Source: Eledone cirrhosa
Taxonomy: Eukaryota
Direction: 5' to 3'
NCBI GenBank assembly: GCA_964016885.1
Contig: OZ024740.1
Coordinates: 12,710,001 to 12,774,000 of the forward strand
DNA length: 64,000 nt
Positions within the stretch are counted from its first letter, which is position 1; every line of letters begins with the position of its first letter. The translations under genes and the position numbers were made by a program. The notes beneath the pieces were generated by a model that saw nothing but the letters and a program-made list of their open reading frames with translations, was not told the origin of the DNA and did not search any database. Positions 14,101 to 26,800 of this stretch are shown here, one piece after another.

Positions 14101-17100
14101 TCTAATGTCTCTAGTCTAATGTCTTGTCTCTAGTCTAATATCTTGTCTCTAGTCTAATGTCTTGTCTCTAGTCTAATGTCTCTAGTCTAATGTCTTGTTT
14201 CTAGTCTAATGTCTCTAGTCTAATGTCTTGTCTCTAGTCTAATATCTTGTCTCTAGTCTAATGTCTTGTCTCTAGTCTAATGTCTCTAGTCTTATGTCTT
14301 GTTTCTAGTCTAACGTCTTGTCTCTAGACTAATATCTTGTCTCTAGTCTAATATCTCTAGTCTAATATCTTGTCACTAGTCTAATGTCTCTAGTCTAATA
14401 TCTTGTCTCTAGTCTAACGTCTTGTCTCTAGTCTAATGTCTCTAGTCTAATATCTTGTCTCTAGTCTAATGTCTCTAGTCTGATATCTTGTCACTAGTCT
14501 AATGTCTCTAGTCTAATGTCTTGTCTCTAGTCTAATGTCTTGTCTCTAGTATAATGTCTCTAGTCTAATGTCTTGTCTCTAGTCTAATATCTTGTCTCTA
14601 GTCTAATATCTTGTCTCTAGTCTAATGTCTCTAGTCTAATGTCTTGTTTCTAGTCTAATGTCTCTAGTCTAATGTCTTGTCTCTAGTCTAATATCTTGTC
14701 TCTAGTCTAATGTCTTGTCTCTAGTCTAATGTCTCTAGTCTAATGTCTTGTCTCTAGTCTAATATCTTGTCTCTAGTCTAATGTCTTGTCTCTAGTCTAA
14801 TGTCTCTAGTCTAATGTCTTGTTTCTAGTCTAATGTCTCTAGTCTAATGTCTTGTCTCTAGTCTAATATCTTGTCTCTAGTCTAATGTCTCTAGTCTAAT
14901 GTCTTGTCTCTAGTCTAATGTCTCTAGTCTAATGTCTTGTCTCTAGTCTAATATCTTGTCTCTAGTCCAATGTCTTGTCTCTAGTCTAATGTCTCTAGTC
15001 TAATATCTTGTCTCTAGTCTAATGTCTTGTCTCTAGTCTAATGTCTCTAGTCTAATATCTTGTCTCTAGTCTAATATCTTGTCTCTAGTCTAATGTCTTG
15101 TCTCTAGTCTAACGTCTTGTCTCTAGTCTAATTTCTCTAGTGTAATGTCTTGTCTCTAGTCTAATGTCTTGTCTCTAGTCTAACGTCTTGTCTCTAGTCT
15201 AATGTCTCTAGTCTAATATCTTGTCTCCCTTCTAATGTCTCTAGTCTAATATCTTGTCCCTAGTCCAATGTCTCTAGTCTAATATATTGTCTCTAGTCTA
15301 ATATCTTGTCTCTAGTCTAATGTCTTGTCTCTAGTCTAATGTCTCTAGTCTAATGTCTTGTCTCTAGTCTAATATCTTGTCTCTAGTCTAATGTCTTGTC
15401 TCTAGTCTAATATCTTGTCTCTAGTCTAATGTCTCTAGTCTAATGTCTTATCTCTAGTCTAATGTCTCTAGTCTAATGTCTTGTCTCTAGTCTAATGTCT
15501 CTAGTCTAATGTCTTGTCTCTAGTCTAATATCTTGTCTCTAGTCTAATGTCTCTAGTCTAATGTCTCTAGTCTAATGTCTTGTCTCTAGTCTAATATTTT
15601 GTCTCTTGTCTAATGTCTCTAGTCTAATGTCTTGTCTCTAGTCTAATGTCTTGTCTCTAGTCTAATGTCTCTAGTCTAATGTCTTGTCTCTAGTCTAATG
15701 TCTCTAGTCTAATGTCTTGTCTCTAGTCTAATATCTTGTCTCTAGTCTAATGTCTCTAGTCTAATGTCTCTAGTCTAATGTCTTGTCTCTAGTCTAATAT
15801 CTTGTCTCTAGTCTAATGTCTCTAGTCTAATGTCTTGTCTCTAGTCTAATGTCTCTAGTCTAATGTCTTGTCTCTAGTCTAATGTCTCTAGTCTAATGTC
15901 TTGTCTCTAGTCTAATATCTTGTCTCTAGTCTAATGTCTCTAGTCTAATGTCTTGTCTCTAGTCTAATGTCTTGTCTCTAGCCTAATATCTTGTCTCTAG
16001 TCTAATGTCTCTAGTCTAATGTCTTGTCTCTAGTCTAATATCTTGTCTCTAGTCTAATGTCTCTAGTCTAATGTCTTGTCTCTAGTCTAATATCTTGTCT
16101 CTAGTCTAATGTCTCTAGTCTAATGTCTTGTCTCTAGTCTAATGTCTTGTCTCTAGTCTAATGTCTTGTCTCTAGTCAAATGTCTCTAGTCTAATGTCTT
16201 GTCTCTAGTCTAACGTCTTGTCTCTAGTCTAATGTCTCTGGTCTAATGTCTCTAGTGTAATGTCTTGTCTCTAGTCTAATGTCTTGTCTCTAGTCTAATG
16301 TCTCTAGTCTAATGTCTTGTTTCTAGTCTAATGTCTCTAGTCTAATGTCTTGTCTCTAGTCTAATATCTTGTCTCTAGTCTAATGTCTTGTCTCTAGTCT
16401 AATGTCTCTAGTCTTATGTCTTGTCTCTAGTCTAACGTCTTGTCTCTAGTCTAATGTCTCTAGTCTAATATCTTGTCTCTAGTCTAATGTCTCTAGTCTA
16501 ATATCTTGTCACTAGTCTAATGTCTCTAGTCTAATATCTTGTCTCTAGTCTTTACGTCTTGTCTCTAGTCTAATGTCTCTAGTCTAATATCTTGTCTCTA
16601 GTCTAATGTCTCTAGTCTGATATCTTGTCACTAGTCTAATGTCTCTAGTCTAATGTCTTGTCTCTAGTCTAATGTCTTGTCTCTAGTATAATGTCTCTAG
16701 TCTAATGTCTTGTCTCTAGTCTAATATCTTGTCTCTAGTCTAATATCTTGTCTCTAGTCTAATGTCTCTAGTCTAATGTCTTGTTACTAGTCTAATGTCT
16801 CTAGTCTAATGTCTTGTCTCTAGTCTAATATCTTGTCTCTAGTCTAATGTCTTGTCTCTAGTCTAATGTCTCTAGTTTAATGTCTTGTCTCTAGTCTAAT
16901 ATCTTGTCTCTAGTCTAATGTCTTGTCTCTAGTCTAATGTCTCTAGTCTAATGTCTTGTTTCTAGTCTAATGTCTCTAGTCTAATGTCTTGTCTCTAGTC
17001 TAATATCTTGTCTCTAGTCTAATGTCTCTAGTCTAATGTCTTTTCTCTAGTCTAATGTCTCTAGTCTAATGTCTTGTCTCTAGTCTAATATCTTGTCTCT

Positions 17101-20100
17101 AGTCTAATGTCTTGTCTCTAGTCTAATGTCTCTAGTCTAATATCTTGTCTCTAGTCTAATGTCTCTAGTCTAATGTCTTGTCTCTAGTCTAATCTCTTGT
17201 CTCTAGTCTAATGTCTTGTCTCTAGTCTAGTGTCTCTAGTCTAATATCTTGTCTCTAGTCTAATATCTTGTCTCTAGTCTAATGTCTTGTCTCTAGTCTA
17301 ATGTCTCTAGTCTAATGTCTTGTTTCTAGTCTAATGTCTCTAGACTAATGTCTTGTCTCTAGTCTAATATCTTGTCTCTAGTCTAATGTCTCTAGTCTAA
17401 TGTCTTATCTCTAGTCTAATGTCTCTAGTCTAATGTCTTGTCTCTAGTCTAATGTCTCTAGTCTAATGTCTTGTCTCTAGTCTAATATCTTGTCTCTAGT
17501 CTAATGTCTCTAGTCTAATGTCTCTAGTCTAATGTCTTGTCTCTAGTCTAATATTTTGTCTCTAGTCTAATGTCTCTAGTCTAATGTCTTGTCTCTAGTC
17601 TAATGTCTCTAGTCTAATGTCTTGTCTCTAGTCTAATGTCTCTAGTCTAATGTCTTGTCTCTAGTCTAATATCTTGTCTCTAGTCTAATGTCTCTAGTCT
17701 AATGTCTTGTCTCTAGTCTAATGTCTTGTCTCTAGTCTAATATCTTGTCTCAAGTCTAATGTCTCTAGTCTAATGTCTTGTCTCTAGTTTAATATCTTGT
17801 CTCTAGTCTAATGTCTCTAGTCTAATGTCTTGTCTCTAGTCTAATATCTTGTCTCTAGTCTAATGTCTCTAGTCTAATGTCTTGTCTCTAGTCTAATGTC
17901 TTGTCTCTAGTCTAATGTCTTGTCTCTAGTCTAATGTCTCTAGTCTAATATCTTGTCTCTAGTCTAATGTCTTGACTCTTGTCTAATGTCTCTAGTCTAA
18001 TGTCTTGTCTCTAGTCTAACGTCTTGTCTCTAGTCTAATTTCTCTAGTGTAATGTCTTGTCTCTAGTCTAATGTCTTGTCTCTAGTCTAACGTCTTGTCT
18101 CTAGTCTAATGTCTCTAGTCTAATATCTTGTCTCTAGTCTAATGTCTCTAGTGTAATATCTTGTCACTAGTCCAATGTATCTAGTCTAATATATTGTCTC
18201 TAGTCTAACGTCTTGTCTCTAGTCTAATGTCTCTAGTCTAATATCTTGTCTCTAGTCTAATGTCTCTAGTCTAAAATCTTGTCACTAGTCTAATGTCTCT
18301 AGTCTAATGTCTTGTCTCTAGTCTAATGTCTTGTCTCTAGTCTAATGTCTTGTCTCTAGTCTAATGTCTTGTCTCTAGTCTAATGTCTCTAGTCTAATGT
18401 CTTGTCTCTAGTCTAATATTTTGTCTCTAGTCTAATGTCTTGTCTCTAGTCTAATGTCTCTAGTCTAATGTCTTGTTTCTAGTCTAATGTCTCTAGTCTA
18501 ATGTCTTGTCTCTAGTCTAATATCTTGTCTCTAGTCTAATGTCTCGAGTCTAATGTCTTGTCTCTAGTCTAATGTCTTGTGTCTAGTCTAATATCTTGTC
18601 TCTAGTCTAATGTCTTGTCTCTAGTCTAATATCTTGTCTCTAGTCTAATGTCTCTAGTCTAATGTCTTGTCTCTAGTCTAATGTCTCTAGTCTAATGTCT
18701 TGTCTCTAGTCTAATATCTTGTCTCTAGTCTAATGTCTCTAGTCTAATGTCTCTAGTCTAATGTCTTGTCTCTAGTCTAATATCTTGTCTCTAGTCTAAT
18801 GTCTCTAGTCTAATGTCTTGTTTCTAGTCTAATGTGTCTAGTCTAATGTCTCTAGTCTAATGTCTTGTCTCTAGTCTAATATCTTGTCTCTAGTCTAATG
18901 TCTCTAGTCTAATGTCTTGTCTCTAGTCTAATGTCTTGTCTCTAGCCTAATATCTTGTCTCTAGTCTAATGTCTCTAGTCTAATGTCTTGTCTCTAGTCT
19001 AATATCTTGTCTCTAGTCTAATGTCTCTAGTCTAATGTCTTGTCTCTAGTCTAATATCTTGTCTCTAGTCTAATGTCTCTAGTCTAATGTCTTGTCTCTA
19101 GTCTAATGTCTTGTCTCTAGTCTAATGTCTTGTCTCTAGTCAAATGTCTCTAGTCTAATGTCTTGTCTCTAGTCTAACGTCTTGTCTCTAGTCTAATGTC
19201 TCTGGTCTAATGTCTCTAGTGTAATGTCTTGTCTCTAGTCTAATGTCTTGTCTCTAGTCTAATGTCTTGTCTCTAGTCTAATGTCTCTAGTCTAATGTCT
19301 TGTCTCTAGTCTAATATCTTGTCTCTAGTCTAATGTCTTGTCTCTAGTCTAATGTCTCTAGTCTAATGTCTTGTTTCTAGTCTAATGTCTCTAGTCTAAT
19401 GTCTTGTCTCTAGTCTAATATCTTGTCTCTAGTCTAATGTCTTGTCTCTAGTCTAATGTCTCTAGTCTTATGTCTTGTTTCTAGTCTAACGTCTTGTCTC
19501 TAGACTAATATCTTGTCTCTAGTCTAATATCTCTAGTCTAATATCTTGTCACTAGTCTAATGTCTCTAGTCTAATATCTTGTCTCTAGTCTAACGTCTTG
19601 TCTCTAGTCTAATGTCTCTAGTCTAATATCTTGTCTCTAGTCTAATGTCTCTAGTCTGATATCTTGTCACTAGTCTAATGTCTCTAGTCTAATGTCTTGT
19701 CTCTAGTCTAATGTCTTGTCTCTAGTATAATGTCTCTAGTCTAATGTCTTGTCTCTAGTCTAATATCTTGTCTCTAGTCTAATATCTTGTCTCTAGTCTA
19801 ATGTCTCTAGTCTAATGTCTTGTTTCTAGTCTAATGTCTCTAGTCTAATGTCTTGTCTCTAGTCTAATATCTTGTCTCTAGTCTAATGTCTTGTCTCTAG
19901 TCTAATGTCTCTAGTCTAATGTCTTGTCTCTAGTCTAATATCTTGTCTCTAGTCTAATGTCTTGTCTCTAGTCTAATGTCTCTAGTCTAATGTCTTGTTT
20001 CTAGTCTAATGTCTCTAGTCTAATGTCTTGTCTCTAGTCTAATATCTTGTCTCTAGTCTAATGTCTCTAGTCTAATGTCTTGTCTCTAGTCTAATGTCTC

Positions 20101-21466
20101 TAGTCTAATGTCTTGTCTCTAGTCTAATATCTTGTCTCTAGTCCAATGTCTTGTCTCTAGTCTAATGTCTCTAGTCTAATATCTTGTCTCTAGTCTAATG
20201 TCTTGTCTCTAGTCTAATGTCTCTAGTCTAATATCTTGTCTCTAGTCTAATATCTTGTCTCTAGTCTAATGTCTTGTCTCTAGTCTAACGTCTTGTCTCT
20301 AGTCTAATTTCTCTAGTGTAATGTCTTGTCTCTAGTCTAATGTCTTGTCTCTAGTCTAACGTCTTGTCTCTAGTCTAATGTCTCTAGTCTAATATCTTGT
20401 CTCTAGTCTAATGTCTCTAGTCTAATATCTTGTCCCTAGTCCAATGTCTCTAGTCTAATATATTGTCTCTAGTCTAATATCTTGTCTCTAGTCTAATGTC
20501 TCTAGTCTAATGTCTTGTCTCTAGTCTAATGTCTCTAGTCTAATGTCTTGTCTCTAGTCTAATATCTTGTCTCTAGTCTAATGTCTTGTCTCTAGTCTAA
20601 TATCTTGTCTCTAGTCTAATGTCTCTAGTCTAATGTCTTATCTCTAGTCTAATGTCTCTAGTCTAATGTCTTGTCTCTAGTCTAATGTCTCTAGTCTAAT
20701 GTCTTGTCTCTAGTCTAATATCTTGTCTCTAGTCTAATGTCTCTAGTCTAATGTCTCTAGTCTAATGTCTTGTCTCTAGTCTAATATTTTGTCTCTTGTC
20801 TAATGTCTCTAGTCTAATGTCTTGTCTCTAGTCTAATGTCTTGTCTCTAGTCTAATGTCTCTAGTCTAATGTCTTGTCTCTAGTCTAATGTCTCTAGTCT
20901 AATGTCTTGTCTCTAGTCTAATATCTTGTCTCTAGTCTAATGTCTCTAGTCTAATGTCTCTAGTCTAATGTCTTGTCTCTAGTCTAATATCTTGTCTCTA
21001 GTCTAATGTCTCTAGTCTAATGTCTTGTCTCTAGTCTAATGTCTCTAGTCTAATGTCTTGTCTCTAGTCTAATGTCTCTAGTCTAATGTCTTGTCTCTAG
21101 TCTAATATCTTGTCTCTAGTCTAATGTCTCTAGTCTAATGTCTTGTCTCTAGTCTAATGTCTTGTCTCTAGCCTAATATCTTGTCTCTAGTCTAATGTCT
21201 CTAGTCTAATGTCTTGTCTCTAGTCTAATATCTTGTCTCTAGTCTAATGTCTCTAGTCTAATGTCTTGTCTCTAGTCTAATATCTTGTCTCTAGTCTAAT
21301 GTCTCTAGTCTAATGTCTTGTCTCTAGTCTAATGTCTTGTCTCTAGTCTAATGTCTTGTCTCTAGTCAAATGTCTCTAGTCTAATGTCTTGTCTCTAGTC
21401 TAACGTCTTGTCTCTAGTCTAATGTCTCTGGTCTAATGTCTCTAGTGTAATGTCTTGTCTCTAGTC
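11101..21466. repeat. Near-identical 5,176-bp tandem duplication (2 copies)
   Basis: Markers at a constant 5176 offset: TTTACG 11375/16551, GTTACTAG 11607/16783, CTCGAG 13367/18543, GTCCCTAG 15256/20432. The offset becomes 5190 (+ one 14-mer) further downstream (CAAATG 16177/21367). Confidence 0.93.
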
Positions 21467-23879
21467 TAATGTCTTGTCTCTAGTCTAATGTCTTGTCTCT
21501 AGTCTAATGTCTCTAGTCTAATGTCTTGTCTCTAGTCTAATATCTTGTCTCTAGTCTAATGTCTTGTCTCTAGTCTAATGTCTCTAGTCTAATGTCTTGT
21601 TTCTAGTCTAATGTCTCTAGTCTAATGTCTTGTCTCTAGTCTAATATCTTGTCTCTAGTCTAATGTCTTGTCTCTAGTCTAATGTCTCTAGTCTTATGTC
21701 TTGTATCTAGTCTAACGTCTTGTCTCTAGTCTAATGTCTCTAGTCTAATGTCTTGTCTCTAGTCTAATCTCTTGTCTCTAGTCTAATGTCTTGTCTCTAG
21801 TCTAGTGTCTCTAGTCTAATATCTTGTCTCTAGTCTAATATCTTGTCTCTAGTCTAATGTCTTGTCTCTAGTCTAATGTCTCTAGTCTAATGTCTTGTTT
21901 CTAGTCTAATGTCTCTAGACTAATGTCTTGTCTCTAGTCTAATATCTTGTCTCTAGTCTAATGTCTCTAGTCTAATGTCTTGTTTCTAGTCTAATGTGTC
22001 TAGTCTAATGTCTCTAGTCTAATGTCTTGTCTCTAGTCTAATATCTTGTCTCTAGTCTAATGTCTCTAGTCTAATGTCTTGTCTCTAGTCTAATGTCTTG
22101 TCTCTAGCCTAATATCTTGTCTCTAGTCTAATGTCTCTAGTCTAATGTCTTGTCTCTAGTCTAATATCTTGTCTCTAGTCTAATGTCTCTAGTCTAATGT
22201 CTTGTCTCTAGTCTAATATCTTGTCTCTAGTCTAATGTCTCTAGTCTAATGTCTTGTCTCTAGTCTAATGTCTTGTCTCTAGTCTAATGTCTTGTCTCTA
22301 GTCAAATGTCTCTAGTCTAATGTCTTGTCTCTACTCTAACGTCTTGTCTCTAGTCTAATGTCTCTGGTCTAATGTCTCTAGTGTAATGTCTTGTCTCTAG
22401 TCTAATGTCTTGTCTCTAGTCTAATGTCTTGTCTCTAGTCTAATGTCTCTAGTCTAATGTCTTGTCTCTAGTCTAATATCTTGTCTCTAGTCTAATGTCT
22501 TGTCTCTAGTCTAATGTCTCTAGTCTAATGTCTTGTTTCTAGTCTAATGTCTCTAGTCTAATGTCTTGTCTCTAGTCTAATATCTTGTCTCTAGTCTAAT
22601 GTCTTGTCTCTAGTCTAATGTCTCTAGTCTTATGTCTTGTTTCTAGTCTAACGTCTTGTCTCTAGACTAATATCTTGTCTCTAGTCTAATATCTCTAGTC
22701 TAATATCTTGTCACTAGTCTAATGTCTCTAGTCTAATATCTTGTCTCTAGTCTAACGTCTTGTCTCTAGTCTAATGTCTCTAGTCTAATATCTTGTCTCT
22801 AGTCTAATGTCTCTAGTCTGATATCTTGTCACTAGTCTAATGTCTCTAGTCTAATGTCTTGTCTCTAGTCTAATGTCTTGTCTCTAGTATAATGTCTCTA
22901 GTCTAATGTCTTGTCTCTAGTCTAATATCTTGTCTCTAGTCTAATATCTTGTCTCTAGTCTAATGTCTCTAGTCTAATGTCTTGTTTCTAGTCTAATGTC
23001 TCTAGTCTAATGTCTTGTCTCTAGTCTAATATCTTGTCTCTAGTCTAATGTCTTGTCTCTAGTCTAATGTCTCTAGTCTAATGTCTTGTCTCTAGTCTAA
23101 TATCTTGTCTCTAGTCTAATGTCTTGTCTCTAGTCTAATGTCTCTAGTCTAATGTCTTGTTTCTAGTCTAATGTCTCTAGTCTAATGTCTTGTCTCTAGT
23201 CTAATATCTTGTCTCTAGTCTAATGTCTCTAGTCTAATGTCTTGTCTCTAGTCTAATGTCTCTAGTCTAATGTCTTGTCTCTAGTCTAATATCTTGTCTC
23301 TAGTCCAATGTCTTGTCTCTAGTCTAATGTCTCTAGTCTAATATCTTGTCTCTAGTCTAATGTCTTGTCTCTAGTCTAATGTCTCTAGTCTAATATCTTG
23401 TCTCTAGTCTAATATCTTGTCTCTAGTCTAATGTCTTGTCTCTAGTCTAACGTCTTGTCTCTAGTCTAATTTCTCTAGTGTAATGTCTTGTCTCTAGTCT
23501 AATGTCTTGTCTCTAGTCTAACGTCTTGTCTCTAGTCTAATGTCTCTAGTCTAATATCTTGTCTCTAGTCTAATGTCTCTAGTCTAATATCTTGTCACTA
23601 GTCCAATGTCTCTAGTCTAATATATTGTCTCTAGTCTAATATCTTGTCTCTAGTCTAATGTCTCTAGTCTAATGTCTTGTCTCTAGTCTAATGTCTCTAG
23701 TCTAATGTCTTGTCTCTAGTCTAATATCTTGTCTCTAGTCTAATGTCTTGTCTCTAGTCTAATATCTTGTCTCTAGTCTAATGTCTCTAGTCTAATGTCT
23801 TATCTCTAGTCTAATGTCTCTAGTCTAATGTCTTGTCTCTAGTCTAATGTCTCTAGTCTAATGTCTTGTCTCTAGTCTA

Positions 23880-26800
23880 ATATCTTGTCTCTAGTCTAAT
23901 GTCTCTAGTCTAATGTCTCTAGTCTAATGTCTTGTCTCTAGTCTAATATTTTGTCTCTTGTCTAATGTCTCTAGTCTAATGTCTTGTCTCTAGTCTAATG
24001 TCTTGTCTCTAGTCTAATGTCTCTAGTCTAATGTCTTGTCTCTAGTCTAATGTCTCTAGTCTAATGTCTTGTCTCTAGTCTAATATCTTGTCTCTAGTCT
24101 AATGTCTCTAGTCTAATGTCTCTAGTCTAATGTCTTGTCTCTAGTCTAATATCTTGTCTCTAGTCTAATGTCTCTAGTCTAATGTCTTGTCTCTAGTCTA
24201 ATGTCTCTAGTCTAATGTCTTGTCTCTAGTCTAATGTCTCTAGTCTAATGTCTTGTCTCTAGTCTAATATCTTGTCTCTAGTCTAATGTCTCTAGTCTAA
24301 TGTCTTGTCTCTAGTCTAATGTCTTGTCTCTAGCCTAATATCTTGTCTCTAGTCTAATGTCTCTAGTCTAATGTCTTGTCTCTAGTCTAATATCTTGTCT
24401 CTAGTCTAATGTCTCTAGTCTAATGTCTTGTCTCTAGTCTAATATCTTGTCTCTAGTCTAATGTCTCTAGTCTAATGTCTTGTCTCTAGTCTAATGTCTT
24501 GTCTCTAGTCTAATGTCTTGTCTCTAGTCAAATGTCTCTAGTCTAATGTCTTGTCTCTAGTCTAACGTCTTGTCTCTAGTCTAATGTCTCTGGTCTAATG
24601 TCTCTAGTGTAATGTCTTGTCTCTAGTCTAATGTCTTGTCTCTAGTCTAATGTCTTGTCTCTAGTCTAATGTCTCTAGTCTAATGTCTTGTCTCTAGTCT
24701 AATATCTTGTCTCTAGTCTAATGTCTTGTCTCTAGTCTAATATCTTGTCTCTAGTCTAATGTCTTGTCTCTAGTCTAATGTCTCTAGTCTTATGTCTTGT
24801 CTCTAGTCTAACGTCTTGTCTCTAGTCTAATGTCTCTAGTCTAATGTCTTGTCTCTAGTCTAATCTCTTGTCTCTAGTCTAATGTCTTGTCTCTAGTCTA
24901 GTGTCTCTAGTCTAATATCTTGTCTCTAGTCTAATATCTTGTCTCTAGTCTAATGTCTTGTCTCTAGTCTAATGTCTCTAGTCTAATGTCTTGTTTCTAG
25001 TCTAATGTCTCTAGACTAATGTCTTGTCTCTAGTCTAATATCTTGTCTCTAGTCTAATGTCTCTAGTCTAATGTCTTATCTCTAGTCTAATGTCTCTAGT
25101 CTAATGTCTTGTCTCTAGTCTAATGTCTCTAGTCTAATGTCTTGTCTCTAGTCTAATATCTTGTCTCTAGTCTAATGTCTCTAGTCTAATGTCTCTAGTC
25201 TAATGTCTTGTCTCTAGTCTAATATTTTGTCTCTAGTCTAATGTCTCTAGTCTAATGTCTTGTCTCTGGTCTAATGTCTCTAGTCTAATGTCTTGTCTCT
25301 AGTCTAATGTCTCTAGTCTAATGTCTTGTCTCTAGTCTAATATCTTGTCTCTAGTCTAATGTCTCTAGTCTAATGTCTTGTCTCTAGTCTAATGTCTTGT
25401 CTCTAGTCTAATATCTTGTCTCAAGTCTAATGTCTCTAGTCTAATGTCTTGTCTCTAGTCTAATATCTTGTCTCTAGTCTAATGTCTCTAGTCTAATGTC
25501 TTGTCTCTAGTCTAATATCTTGTCTCTAGTCTAATGTCTCTAGTCTAATGTCTTGTCTCTAGTCTAATGTCTTGTCTCTAGTCTAATGTCTTGTCTCTAG
25601 TCTAATGTCTCTAGTCTAATATCTTGTCTCTAGTCTAATGTCTTGACTCTAGTCTAATGTCTCTAGTCTAATGTCTTGTCTCTAGTCTAACGTCTTGTCT
25701 CTAGTCTAATTTCTCTAGTGTAATGTCTTGTCTCTAGTCTAATGTCTTGTCTCTAGTCTAACGTCTTGTCTCTAGTCTAATGTCTCTAGTCTAATATCTT
25801 GTCTCTAGTCTAATGTCTCTAGTGTAATATCTTGTCACTAGTCCAATGTATCTAGTCTAATATATTGTCTCTAGTCTAACGTCTTGTCTCTAGTCTAATG
25901 TCTCTAGTCTAATATCTTGTCTCTAGTCTAATGTCTCTAGTCTAAAATCTTGTCACTAGTCTAATGTCTCTAGTCTAATGTCTTGTCTCTAGTCTAATGT
26001 CTTGTCTCTAGTCTAATGTCTTGTCTCTAGTCTAATGTCTCTAGTCTAATGTCTTGTCTCTAGTCTAATATCTTGTCTCTAGTCTAATGTCTTGTCTCTA
26101 GTCTAATGTCTCTAGTCTAATGTCTTGTTTCTAGTCTAATGTCTCTAGTCTAATGTCTTGTCTCTAGTCTAATGTCTCTAGTCTAATGTCTTGTCTCTAG
26201 TCTAATATCTTGTCTCTAGTCTAATGTCTCTAGTCTAATGTCTCTAGTCTAATGTCTTGTCTCTAGTCTAATATTTTGTCTCTTGTCTAATGTCTCTAGT
26301 CTAATGTCTTGTCTCTAGTCTAATGTCTTGTCTCTAGTCTAATGTCTCTAGTCTAATGTCTTGTCTCTAGTCTAATGTCTCTAGTCTAATGTCTTGTCTC
26401 TAGTCTAATATCTTGTCTCTAGTCTAATGTCTCTAGTCTAATGTCTCTAGTCTAATGTCTTGTCTCTAGTCTAATATCTTGTCTCTAGTCTAATGTCTCT
26501 AGTCTAATGTCTTGTCTCTAGTCTAATGTCTCTAGTCTAATGTCTTGTCTCTAGTCTAATGTCTCTAGTCTAATGTCTTGTCTCTAGTCTAATATCTTGT
26601 CTCTAGTCTAATGTCTCTAGTCTAATGTCTTGTCTCTAGTCTAATGTCTTGTCTCTAGCCTAATATCTTGTCTCTAGTCTAATGTCTCTAGTCTAATGTC
26701 TTGTCTCTAGTCTAATATCTTGTCTCTAGTCTAATGTCTCTAGTCTAATGTCTTGTCTCTAGTCTAATATCTTGTCTCTAGTCTAATGTCTCTAGTCTAA

